Shown: in pieces, positions 1 through 8,212 of the stretch
Position numbering within the stretch: the first letter of the stretch is position 1
How the letters are laid out: the number at the start of each line of letters is the position of its first letter
Assembly (NCBI GenBank): GCA_013813675.1
Contig: JACCRH010000346.1
Location: forward strand, 1 to 34,218
Length of the DNA: 34,218 nt
DNA from: Gemmatimonadales bacterium
GTDB lineage: Bacteria; Gemmatimonadota; Gemmatimonadetes; Gemmatimonadales; GWC2-71-9
Direction: 5' to 3'
The notes under the pieces: generated by a model
The model's input: only the letters and a program-made list of their open reading frames with translations
Told to the model about the DNA's origin: nothing
Database searches by the model: none
Made by a program: the position numbers and the translations under genes

Positions 1-11
1 CGGAAGGGCCG

Positions 12-251
12 ATGGCCATCGTCACGGTCATCTACAACACTCCGAAGGACACGGCGGCGTTCGAGAAGTACTACCGGGATGTCCATCTCCCGCTGTTGAC
101 GGCGAACCAGCAGGAGATCGGACGCGAGCCGATGGCGATCGCCACCGTGATCGACAAGCAGCCCAAGGACTCGGTGGCGTTCGAGAAGTACTACGCTGAG
201 ACCCACCTGCCGCTCCTCGGCGCCAACCAGCAGGAAATCGGCTTCAATAAG
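12..251 (+). repeat. In-frame tandem duplication of 2 x 120 bp inside the EthD-like gene
   Basis: Units 12-131 and 132-251 align without gaps. Hand counting gives roughly three-quarters nucleotide identity, including the identical run ggcgttcgagaagtactac at 54-72 and 174-192. The peptides are MAIVTVIYNTPKDTAAFEKYYRDVHLPLLTANQQEIG and MAIATVIDKQPKDSVAFEKYYAETHLPLLGANQQEIG. Confidence 0.9.
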
Positions 252-446
252 GCGGAGCTGACCAAGTTCGAGTCCAACCTCGATGGCTCGGCGCCCGCGC
301 GCTACCGGCAGGCGGAGCTCTATTTCCCATCGCTGGCCGCGCTGAAGAAAGGCACCGCCACCCCGGGCTTCAAGAAGGTGGCCGGTGACCTTCCCAACTT
401 TGCCACTGGTGGTGTCGAGGCCCTGGTCGCGGTGGAGACGAGGTAG
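12..446 (+). CDS. EthD / TIGR02118-family small alpha+beta protein with a duplicated N-terminal segment
   Basis: The 144-aa ORF has GGAAGGG upstream of its ATG. Residues from Met41 onward (MAIATVIDKQPKDSVAFEKYY...HLPLL...AELYFPS..AL...DLPNFATGG) look like a typical ~100-aa EthD-family protein. The first 40 aa repeat that N-terminus. The true start could be ATG 132. Confidence 0.7.
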   Translation: MAIVTVIYNTPKDTAAFEKYYRDVHLPLLTANQQEIGREPMAIATVIDKQPKDSVAFEKYYAETHLPLLGANQQEIGFNKAELTKFESNLDGSAPARYRQAELYFPSLAALKKGTATPGFKKVAGDLPNFATGGVEALVAVETR

Positions 447-487
447 TGTGTTGATAGGAACCAGCGCACCGTACCGCCAGTGGTGTT

Positions 488-553
488 GTCACCCTGAGGG
501 AAGCGAAGGGGGCATCCGCTAGGCCATGGCTCCTTCGCTCCGCTCAGGATGAC
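488..553. repeat. REP/MITE-like palindromic element, copy A
   Basis: GTCACCCTGAGGGAAGCGAAGGGG, an 18-nt loop, then CTCCTTCGCTCCGCTCAGGATGAC. The right arm is identical to those at 27245-27268 and 34198-34218. It overlaps ATG 549 and the AGGA Shine-Dalgarno for ATG 555 of the next gene. Confidence 0.85.
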
Positions 554-1424
554 AATGCACGTCGTCATCCTTGCCTCTCGACAGGGCTGGCACACGCGGG
601 AGCTCACCCGCGCGCTGGAAGCTCGCGGGCATACCGGAACGATCGTACCGTACGAAGGGCTCACCGCGTCGATCGGCGGGCGTTCCGGCCTCAGGAGTGG
701 GACGGCCGAGCTGGACCAGGCCGACGTGGTGCTCCCCCGCATCATCCCCTCGGGATCGCTCGAGCAGATCATCTTCCGAGTGGATGCGCTGCACCGGCTG
801 GAGGAGCGGGGCGTCTCGGTCGTCAATTCGCCCCGCGCGATCGAGCGCACGGTGGACAAGTTCTGGACCTCGTGCCTGCTGGAGCAGTGCGGCATTCCTA
901 CGCCCGACACCGTGGTCTGCGAGGGCCCCGACGAGGCGATGGCCGCCTTCCGCGATCTGGGGGACGTCATCGTCAAGCCGCTCTTCGGCTCAATGGGGCT
1001 CGGCATGGTCCGGGTGGCGGACGAGGAGATGGCGTACCGCGTGTTCCGCACGGTCGAGACCATCCGCGGCGTCTTCTACCTGCAGCGCACGATCGACCAC
1101 GAGGGCCGAGACTTCCGGGTCTTCGTGGTGGGTGGGCGGGTGCTGGGAGCGATCGAGCGGCGCGCCGCGGGCTGGCGTACCAATATCTCCCGAGGCGGAG
1201 AGGCTCTGGCGGCCAGACTGCCGGATTCATGGGCGGCGCTCGCGATCCGGGCCGCGGCCGCGGTCGGCGCGGAGTACGCCGGTGTGGACCTGCTGCCGGC
1301 GCGGGACGGCACGGTGTACGCGCTCGAGGTGAACGGCATCCCCGGCTGGCGGGGACTGCAGGAGGCCACCGGGATCGACGTCGCCGGCGCACTGGTGGAT
1401 CACCTCGCCCGGCGGAACCGGTGA
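549..1424 (+). CDS. RimK-family ATP-grasp ligase, of the MptN / MfnD type seen in H4MPT and methanofuran cofactor clusters
   Basis: The 291-aa ORF shows the RimK-like pattern (VVNSPRAIERTVDKF, IVKPLFGSMGLGM, FRVFVVGGRV, GVDLL...YALEVNGIPGW). Its stop overlaps the GTG of the next gene (GTGA at 1421-1424). The start could be 549 or 555. Confidence 0.8.
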   Translation: MTMHVVILASRQGWHTRELTRALEARGHTGTIVPYEGLTASIGGRSGLRSGTAELDQADVVLPRIIPSGSLEQIIFRVDALHRLEERGVSVVNSPRAIERTVDKFWTSCLLEQCGIPTPDTVVCEGPDEAMAAFRDLGDVIVKPLFGSMGLGMVRVADEEMAYRVFRTVETIRGVFYLQRTIDHEGRDFRVFVVGGRVLGAIERRAAGWRTNISRGGEALAARLPDSWAALAIRAAAAVGAEYAGVDLLPARDGTVYALEVNGIPGWRGLQEATGIDVAGALVDHLARRNR

Positions 1425-2266
1425 CCGGGGATGAGATCGCGGCCACGGCACAACTGGCCTGCCTGCTCGAGGTCAGCGCGCCGAAGCCAGGCAATGTCTC
1501 CCCTGAGCGCCACTTCCATGACACTCGCTACGAGGACTTCCTGGCCAGCGCGGTCGCCATCGGCCCGGCGCTCGGCGCCGCCGGCGAGCATCCGCTCGGC
1601 GTCACCATCCGCACTGCCATCGAAGCGACCTCCCGGTGGACCGGCTCGAACACCAACCTCGGCATCGTGCTGCTGCTCGCCCCGCTGGCGCGGGCGGCGG
1701 CGCGAGACGGCGGCAGCCTCCGGCACCGGCTCGCGGCGGTGCTCGATGAGACCACGGTCGCCGACGCGGCCGAGACCTACGCCGCGATCCGGCGGGCGCG
1801 CCCCGGCGGCCTGGGCGCGGCGAGCGCGGAGGACGTCGCCACGCCGCCGACCGTGACCCTGCGCGAAGCCATGACGCTCGCGGCGGAGCGGGATACGATC
1901 GCCCGGGAATACACCAACCGATTCGCGCTCACTTTCGAGGTCGGCGCCCCCGCGTTGAGCGACGCAAGGCGGCGCGGACTCACCTGGTCCGATGCGGCGG
2001 TGGCGTGCTTTCTCGCCCTCCTCGGTGTCGTGCCCGACACCCACATCGCCCGCAAGCTCGGGCGGGCGGAGGCGGAGCGGATCACGGGACGGGCGCGTGA
2101 GGTCGTGGCCGCCGGGGGCACCGGGACCGCCGGGGGACGCGCGGCCCTGACCGCGCTCGACGCCGAGTTGCGCGATCCGCGGAACACCCGCAATCCGGGC
2201 ACCACCGCCGACCTGACCTGCGCCGCGTTGTTCGTCGTTATAATTGAGGGTGGCTGGGACCGCTGA
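1421..2266 (+). CDS. Triphosphoribosyl-dephospho-CoA synthase (CitG/MdcB) family protein, H4MPT-cluster type
   Basis: This is the in-frame GTG 1421 within track ORF 872..2266. The N-terminus AQLACLLEVSAPKPGNVSP matches the family E..(S/T)PKPG(L/N)V motif. The upstream part of the track ORF is an out-of-frame shadow of the rimK-like gene. Confidence 0.8.
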   Translation: MTGDEIAATAQLACLLEVSAPKPGNVSPERHFHDTRYEDFLASAVAIGPALGAAGEHPLGVTIRTAIEATSRWTGSNTNLGIVLLLAPLARAAARDGGSLRHRLAAVLDETTVADAAETYAAIRRARPGGLGAASAEDVATPPTVTLREAMTLAAERDTIAREYTNRFALTFEVGAPALSDARRRGLTWSDAAVACFLALLGVVPDTHIARKLGRAEAERITGRAREVVAAGGTGTAGGRAALTALDAELRDPRNTRNPGTTADLTCAALFVVIIEGGWDR

Positions 2267-2279
2267 CGAGAGGAACCCC

Positions 2280-2840
2280 GTGTCGAGCAGCTTCAAGGTG
2301 CAGGTGAGCAAGGACTACCTGGTCTTCGCCTCCGCCCACTTCATCACCTTCCGCGGTCACCAGTGTGAGACGCTGCACGGACACAACTACCGGGTGGGCG
2401 TGGCGGTCGAGGGCGCGGTGGACTCGGAGACCCTCTTCGTCCTCGACTTCAGCGTGCTGAAGCAGATCACCCGCAGGCTGGTGGACGAGATCGACCACAA
2501 GGTGCTGCTGCCCAAGCTGAATCCCAAGCTCGGCTACCGGGAAGACGGCAACCGCCTCGCGGTGGATTATTTCGGTGAGCCCACCTACGTATTCCCCCGG
2601 GCCGATTGCGCTCTGCTCCCCATCCAGAACAGCACGGCGGAGATGCTGGCGCAGTACCTCGGCACCCGGGTGCGCGACGAGCTGATCCAGGGCGGCTACC
2701 GTCACCTCACCCTGTTGGAGGTCGAGGTGGAGGAGAACTACGGGCAATCGGCGACCTACCGCGAGGTGCTGGCGCTCGACGGAGTGGAAGCGGGCGCCGC
2801 GAGAGCCAGCGCGTCGGCCGCGCCAACCCGCCCCGTGTGA
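2280..2840 (+). CDS. 6-pyruvoyl-tetrahydropterin synthase / QueD-family protein
   Basis: It carries ASAHFI...CETLHGHNYRVGVAVEG and VLDFSVLK, typical of PTPS/QueD. GTG 2280 is preceded by GAGAGGAA. ATG 2244 is also in frame. The C-terminal tail overlaps the convergent gene. Confidence 0.8.
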   Translation: MSSSFKVQVSKDYLVFASAHFITFRGHQCETLHGHNYRVGVAVEGAVDSETLFVLDFSVLKQITRRLVDEIDHKVLLPKLNPKLGYREDGNRLAVDYFGEPTYVFPRADCALLPIQNSTAEMLAQYLGTRVRDELIQGGYRHLTLLEVEVEENYGQSATYREVLALDGVEAGAARASASAAPTRPV

Positions 2841-3547
2841 AGGGCCGTCGCCACCAACACGCCGTCGCAGCCGGTGTCGCGAATCCGGTCCAGATCCCGC
2901 CGGCCGCCGACTCCGCCGCCCGCGAGGAGCCGCTCGGAAGGAAATCTCCGGCGGAGCACCTCCAGCAGACCCAGATCGACTCCGCCGCCGGTTCCGACCC
3001 GAGCCACATCGAGCACCAGCACTGTTCGCACTCCGGCGGCGACGGCTCGACTCGCCAGATCTACCGCCGTGGCGGGGGGGCCGCCCTGGTCACGCCTGGC
3101 CGGGCGCAGTACCGGGTGGCCCAGCCGAAGGTCGAGGCTGAAGACGACGCGCTCGGATCCGGCCGCGGCGACGATGGCGGCGAGGTCTTCGAACGCCCCA
3201 AGGGTCTCCAGGCCGACGACGACGCGCTCCACACCCACGGCGAGCATGCCCGTGGCCTCGGCCGCGTCGGTGATGCCGGCGTCCACCAGCAGTCCGCATC
3301 CCGCGGCTCCACGCTGCAGAGCGCGGAGCAAATCACGCTGGACGTCGCCACCCTGGATCGCGTCGAGGTCGGCGACGTAGCATTCGCGGGCGTCCAGGAC
3401 CTCGCGGTAGGCCTGGAGCAGGGCGAGGGGATCCCCTATCACGCCTGGCGTCAGCGCCGATTCCGCCGGCAGGTACCGTGCGCGCTTGCCTGCTCTGGCC
3501 TGAACCGCGGCACCGCGCGCCAGATCGAGCACAGGGATGAGCTGCAT
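2756..3547 (-). CDS. HisA/HisF-family (beta/alpha)8-barrel protein, H4MPT-cluster type
   Basis: Internal ATG 3547 of track ORF 2756..3820 gives MQLIPVLDLARGAAVQARAG..., then ...YVADLDAI, VVGLETL and LLAGGGVGGRRDL, as in HisA/HisF. The part upstream of 3547 is not protein-like. Confidence 0.75.
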   Translation of the reverse strand: MQLIPVLDLARGAAVQARAGKRARYLPAESALTPGVIGDPLALLQAYREVLDARECYVADLDAIQGGDVQRDLLRALQRGAAGCGLLVDAGITDAAEATGMLAVGVERVVVGLETLGAFEDLAAIVAAAGSERVVFSLDLRLGHPVLRPARRDQGGPPATAVDLASRAVAAGVRTVLVLDVARVGTGGGVDLGLLEVLRRRFPSERLLAGGGVGGRRDLDRIRDTGCDGVLVATALHTGRVGAADALALAAPASTPSSASTSR

Positions 3548-4616
3548 GACCCATTCTATCCGTAGTAGTCCGTCGGCTGCCACTCGGCGTACGGCCGTGC
3601 TCGGCTGGGACATCGGCGGAGTCAACACCAAGGCGGCCCGGGTCGAGATCGAGAACGGCCGTCTCTCGCTTCTTCGGTCGGTGTTGGCGCCGCTGGAGAT
3701 GCAGCGCGAGTCGGCGGCGCTCGTCCCCACCCTGCGCCGGCTCGCCACCCTGCTCGGCGGCGGGCCAGTGACCCACGCCGTGACGATGACGGCGGAGCTC
3801 TCCCAGGCGTTCCGGACCAAGCGCGAAGGCGTGGGCTTCGTGCTGGATGCGCTGGTGGAGGCGTTCCCCGGTGAGCCGGTGGAGATCTACGGCGCCGAGG
3901 GCCGATTTCTCGATCCCGCCGGCGCGCGGCAGCGGCCTCTCGAGGTCGCCTCGGCCAACTGGGCCGCGACCGCCCGATTCGTCGGGCGGCAGGTAAGCGA
4001 CTGCCTGATGGTGGACATCGGAACCACCTCCAGCGACATCATCCCGATCGAGGCCGGCAACCCGTGCGCCCGAGGCCGGACCGATCCCGAGCGGCTGCTG
4101 AGCGGTGAGCTGGTCTATACCGGTGCGTTGCGCACGCCGGTCGAAGCGGTGGCTCACGAGGTGCCGCTGTGGGGTGGCCGCTGCCCGCTCGCCGCCGAAC
4201 GGTTCGCCTTGATCGGAGACGTGTACCTCTGGCTGGGTGCGCTGGACGCTCGAGACTACACCGTCACCGCTCCCGACGGCCGCCCCCCGACCCGCGAATT
4301 CGCCGGCGAACGGCTCGCCCGCGCGGTCTGTGCCGACGCGGAGATGCTGGACGAGGAGGCGGTGGGAACGATCGCGCGGGCACTGGCGGAAGCTCAGGTC
4401 TCCACCATCACCGACGCGATCCGCCGGGTCCGTGCGCGACATCCGGGGCTCGGGACCGCCGTAGTCGCCGGGCTCGGCGACTTCGTCGCGGGCGAGGCGG
4501 CGAACCGGGCGGGACTCGAGGTCGCCCGGCTCTCTGATCGGATCGGCAGCGCCGCGCGCACGGCACCGGCCGCCGCGGTGGCCTGGCTGCTGGCCGAGGC
4601 GGCCACGGGGGGATGA
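3537..4616 (+). CDS. Hydantoinase/oxoprolinase-like protein (H4MPT-linked C1 transfer pathway protein family)
   Basis: It contains LGWDIGGVNTKAARV and MVDIGTTSSDIIPI, the ASKHA-type phosphate motifs of the hydantoinase A family. The start is ambiguous: ATG 3537, ATG 3546 or GTG 3597. Confidence 0.75.
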   Translation: MSCMTHSIRSSPSAATRRTAVLGWDIGGVNTKAARVEIENGRLSLLRSVLAPLEMQRESAALVPTLRRLATLLGGGPVTHAVTMTAELSQAFRTKREGVGFVLDALVEAFPGEPVEIYGAEGRFLDPAGARQRPLEVASANWAATARFVGRQVSDCLMVDIGTTSSDIIPIEAGNPCARGRTDPERLLSGELVYTGALRTPVEAVAHEVPLWGGRCPLAAERFALIGDVYLWLGALDARDYTVTAPDGRPPTREFAGERLARAVCADAEMLDEEAVGTIARALAEAQVSTITDAIRRVRARHPGLGTAVVAGLGDFVAGEAANRAGLEVARLSDRIGSAARTAPAAAVAWLLAEAATGG

Positions 4617-5227
4617 CGCCCGTCGTCATCAAGATCGGGGGAGGGCTGCTCGGCGTGAGCGGCGCGCTCGAGGCGGTGTGCCCGGCGGTCTGCGCGATGG
4701 GGCGGCGCGAGCCGGTCGTGGTGGTCCCAGGTGGCGGGCCGTTCGCGGACGCGGTGCGGGCCCTCGATCGCCACACCGCCCTCTCGGCGGAAACAGCCCA
4801 CCGGATGGCGATCCTGGCCATGGATCAGTATGCCCACCTGCTGGCGGAGCGGATCGAGGGCGCCGTTCTGGTGGAGGAACCCGGCGGCCTCGCCGCGGTT
4901 CACGCCGCCGGGCGCGCGGCGGTGCTGGCGCCCTCCCGCTGGCTCCGGGCCGCCGATCCGCTGCCGCACAGCTGGGATGCGACGAGCGACAGTGTGGCGG
5001 CGTTCGTGGCCGGCGCGCTCGACGCTAGTCGTCTCGTGCTGGTGAAGCCGGCGGAGGTAGGGGAGGAGGGAGTGGACCGATGCTTCGCGATGGTGGCGCC
5101 GGCGGGACTCGAGGTCAGCGTGATGGGATGGGCGCGGTTCGCGGCATCCGCCTCGACCCGGGCTTCGCTCCGTTCCGCCTCGCGGCCAACAGCTGCCCCA
5201 TTCGCTCCGCCGTCAGCGGGCGGCTGA
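4613..5227 (+). CDS. Amino-acid kinase (aspartate/glutamate/uridylate kinase) family protein, H4MPT-cluster type
   Basis: The N-terminus VVIKIGGGLL, plus VVVPGGGPFAD and ATSDSVAAFVAG, fit the family. ATGA overlaps the previous stop at 4613-4616. The low-complexity C-terminal tail overlaps the convergent EAL gene, so the real end is uncertain. Confidence 0.7.
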   Translation: MTPVVIKIGGGLLGVSGALEAVCPAVCAMGRREPVVVVPGGGPFADAVRALDRHTALSAETAHRMAILAMDQYAHLLAERIEGAVLVEEPGGLAAVHAAGRAAVLAPSRWLRAADPLPHSWDATSDSVAAFVAGALDASRLVLVKPAEVGEEGVDRCFAMVAPAGLEVSVMGWARFAASASTRASLRSASRPTAAPFAPPSAGG

Positions 5228-8108
5228 AGAAGTACCCCTGCATGTCGTCGCAGCCTTGCTCCCGCAACAGCTTCACGTGCGCATCCGTCTCCACGCCCTC
5301 CGCGGTCACCGTAAGACCCAGGGCGTGGCCCAGGGCGATGATCGCGGTAGAGATCGCCGCGTCGTCGGGATCGCTGATGATCTCGCGGACGAAGGTGCGG
5401 TCGATCTTCAGCGTGTCCAGCGGGAAGTGCTTGAGATAGCTGAACGACGAGTACCCGGTTCCGAAGTCGTCCACCGACAGATGCAGCCCCATCGCGCGGA
5501 GGGCGTGCAGCGTGTCGGTGCCTTCCTTCTGGTGGTTCACCAGCGCCGTCTCGGTCAGCTCGAGCCCCAGATACCGCGCCTCCAGGCCGGTCTCGCGGAG
5601 GATCCGGGCGACGGTGTCGGTGATGCTGCGGGTGAGTTGTCTGCTGGAGAGGTTCACCACCACCCGGATCGGCGCCAGGCCCATACCCTGCCAGGCCAGA
5701 TTCTGGATGCACGCGGTCCGCATCACCCACTCACCCAGCGGCACGATCAGGCCGTTCTCCTCCGCCAGCGCGATGAACTCCGAGGGCAGCAGCAGTCCGA
5801 GCTCGGGGTGACGCCAGCGGACCAGCGCCTCGGCGGCCACCGGGACCGCGGTCTGGGCGTCCACGATGGGCTGATAGTGGACCTCGAATTCCTCCCGCTC
5901 CAGCGCGCGCCGCAGCGAATTCTCCAGTGTCAGCCGCTGCATGGCCGTGGCATTCATGGCGCGGGAGTATGCCTGGTAGCTGTTGCCCCCCTGCTCCTTC
6001 GCCTTGTACATCGCGGTATCGGCGTGCATCAGCAAGGTCTCGAGGTCTTTGCCATCGAAGGGGTAGACCGCGATCCCGATGCTGGCGTTCACGAAGATCT
6101 CGTGGCTTTCGATCCTGAAGGGGTGTGCCAGGCTCGAGAGGATCCGCCGGGCCAGCTTGCCGGCGTCCTCCGGATCGGCGAGCCCCGGCATGATGACGGT
6201 GAACTCGTCTCCGCCGAGGCGCGCCACCTCGGGGTCGAGAGCGTCCCTCGCGGAGCCCACCTCATCCTCCCGGTCGCGGCAGCAGTTTCGGAGCCTGGCC
6301 GCCACCTGCTGCAGCAGGTGGTCGCCAGCCTCGTGGCCCAGCGTGTCGTTGATCCGGCTGAAGTGGTCCAGGTCGATGAAGAACGCCGCGACGAGCTTTT
6401 CGCCCCGGCTGGCTTCCTCCAGCGCGTTGGACAGCCGCTCCTTGTAGGAGAGCCGGTTGGGCAAGCCGGTCAGGCTGTCGTAATAGGCGAGGCTTCGCAC
6501 CTGCTCCAGCATCCGGGCATTCGCCAGCGCGACCGCGGCCTGGTCCGCGAGCCGGCGAACCTGGACCCGCGCATCGGTGTCGGGCCTGTCCTCGGCGTGC
6601 TCCGCCAAGGCGATGACGCCGACCAACTGGCTCTGGAACCGGAGCGGAAGCACGAAGAACGCGCCCCGGCCCAGCTCGGCCAGCGGCGCGATGTACGGCC
6701 TGACGGGCTCGCCCTCGACCAGCTCGACGGTGCCGGAGTCGGGCCCTTCGAGGAGCACTTGTACGTCGGCGGCGCGCAGATCGACCCGCACGTGGACCCG
6801 GCTGCCGTCGGCATAATCGTGCACCAGGCTGGGCAGCGACTTGGCTCCGTCGGGCGCCGTCAGCGTCACGCTCACGGCGCGGCAGGGATAGATGTCTGGA
6901 AGCCGCGCCAGCAACGTGGAGACGATCTCGCCGGCACTGGTGGCGGAAAGCACCGCGCGGTCGATCTCGGCCGCGGTGGCCAGCGCCTGGAATTGCCGGT
7001 CGAGCTGGGTGGCCATGGCGTTAAACGACGCGCCCAGCTCCTCGAACTCGTCCCGGCTCTTGATCGCGACTCGACTGCCGAAATCGCGCCCCGCGATTCG
7101 GCGGGTGCCCTCCTGCAGCTCGCGAAGTGGAATGAGACTGCGCCGAATGCGGTCCACGCTCAACACCAGGACCGCGGCGGTGGAGACGAGCACCACGATG
7201 AGCAGCGAGTCGGTGAACCGGACCACCGGACCCATGACTTCCTTCCTCGAGTGGCTGAGGATCAGGCTCCAGGTCGGGGCCGAGAAGACTTCGTCGAGGA
7301 GAATGGGCCAGGCCGACGAGACGTAGGGCTGGAGGTCGAAGCTGGCGAGGGAGTCGGCCCCCGGCCCGGCGTCCAGTCCCAACGTCTGGAAGGCGGAGTG
7401 GACGCCGGTGACCGAGCTGATCAAGACGTGCCCGCTGTCGTCCTTGACCGTGAGAATCGTCCCGGGCGCGATCAGGCTCTGGTCGAACGTCGCCCAGAGA
7501 TAGTCGCGGTCGATCTCTCCGATCAGCAGGCCGTGCACGCCGGCCGCCCGGCCGAGTTTCGCGGTTACCCGCCGCACCATGTAGGTACGAGTGGGACGCG
7601 CGTCGCCGAGCACCACCGTCAGGAGCGGAAGCCGGTCGGCGAGATCGGCCTTGTCGGACTCGGTCAGCCGCGGCAGCTCGGTCAGCGTGTCGGACAGCGG
7701 AACCCGTCTCCCGTCGTCGCCGAGGAACTCCAGGGCCGAGAACCCCCGACCGGCCGAGGGATCCAGGGCAGGCAGGCCCGGCCGACTCGAAGAGCCTCCG
7801 GCTGAAACCTGCAGAATCGGATGGGCGGCGAGGTTCTTGAGCGTGCCGTCGAGCAGCAGGAGCCGCTCGAATATCGCGGCGCCGAAGGTCTTGCTCGCCT
7901 GGTGGAGCCGGGTTTCGCTCTGGGCGATGAGGTACTGCGTGACGTGCCGGTATGACATCGTAGCCACGACCGCGGTGGGGACCACGGCGCAGCCGACGAA
8001 AAGGAGGAGCAGACGGCGGCCGAACCTGCTTCGCAACGGCCCCGGGTGACGCGACAGGTTCATGTCCGCTGGGTTAGGCGTTCCGGCCGGGCCGATGAGT
8101 GGGTGCAA
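5115..8108 (-). CDS. Membrane sensor diguanylate cyclase/phosphodiesterase (TM, periplasmic sensor, TM, HAMP, GAF-like, GGDEF, EAL)
   Basis: The ORF is 997 aa. Two hydrophobic segments (LLLLFVGCAVVPTAVVATM and LLIVVLVSTAAVLVLSV) flank a ~270-aa region. A HAMP-like segment follows (IPLRELQEGTRRIAGRDF...LGASFNAMATQL). The GGDEF motif is canonical (RLGGDEFTVIM). EAL motifs are present (EALVRWRHPE, DDFGTGYSS, KIDRTF, EGVET). The start may be ATG 8063 (MNLSRHP...). Confidence 0.9.
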   Translation of the reverse strand: MHPLIGPAGTPNPADMNLSRHPGPLRSRFGRRLLLLFVGCAVVPTAVVATMSYRHVTQYLIAQSETRLHQASKTFGAAIFERLLLLDGTLKNLAAHPILQVSAGGSSSRPGLPALDPSAGRGFSALEFLGDDGRRVPLSDTLTELPRLTESDKADLADRLPLLTVVLGDARPTRTYMVRRVTAKLGRAAGVHGLLIGEIDRDYLWATFDQSLIAPGTILTVKDDSGHVLISSVTGVHSAFQTLGLDAGPGADSLASFDLQPYVSSAWPILLDEVFSAPTWSLILSHSRKEVMGPVVRFTDSLLIVVLVSTAAVLVLSVDRIRRSLIPLRELQEGTRRIAGRDFGSRVAIKSRDEFEELGASFNAMATQLDRQFQALATAAEIDRAVLSATSAGEIVSTLLARLPDIYPCRAVSVTLTAPDGAKSLPSLVHDYADGSRVHVRVDLRAADVQVLLEGPDSGTVELVEGEPVRPYIAPLAELGRGAFFVLPLRFQSQLVGVIALAEHAEDRPDTDARVQVRRLADQAAVALANARMLEQVRSLAYYDSLTGLPNRLSYKERLSNALEEASRGEKLVAAFFIDLDHFSRINDTLGHEAGDHLLQQVAARLRNCCRDREDEVGSARDALDPEVARLGGDEFTVIMPGLADPEDAGKLARRILSSLAHPFRIESHEIFVNASIGIAVYPFDGKDLETLLMHADTAMYKAKEQGGNSYQAYSRAMNATAMQRLTLENSLRRALEREEFEVHYQPIVDAQTAVPVAAEALVRWRHPELGLLLPSEFIALAEENGLIVPLGEWVMRTACIQNLAWQGMGLAPIRVVVNLSSRQLTRSITDTVARILRETGLEARYLGLELTETALVNHQKEGTDTLHALRAMGLHLSVDDFGTGYSSFSYLKHFPLDTLKIDRTFVREIISDPDDAAISTAIIALGHALGLTVTAEGVETDAHVKLLREQGCDDMQGYFFSRPLTAERMGQLLAARRNGAKPGSRRMPRTAPIPSR

Positions 8109-8212
8109 GCGAGTGCGTCGGGAGTCGTAGCCGATTGATAGGCAATACTTATGCCCCTGCGGCCGATTGCATAGCTCCTTTCGCGGTGCAGATTTGAGAT
8201 GCTGCGGAGGCG

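Noticed and set aside
872-1420. Upstream extension of the CitG-like ORF (track ORF 872..2266)
   Set aside because: It overlaps the rimK-like gene in another frame and is Arg/Gly-rich nonsense. Family homology starts right after GTG 1421.
2756-2840. 85-nt convergent overlap of the PTPS-like and HisA/F-like genes, and a 113-nt overlap at 5115-5227 (kinase-like versus EAL gene)
   Set aside because: This is probably ORF run-on in a stop-codon-poor GC-rich genome, since both C-terminal tails are low complexity. I see no evidence of functional antisense overlap.
5256-7805. 849-aa plus-strand ORF
   Set aside because: It is antisense to the GGDEF-EAL gene. The translation is Arg/Gly/Pro/His-rich with no recognisable motifs, a typical high-GC shadow ORF.
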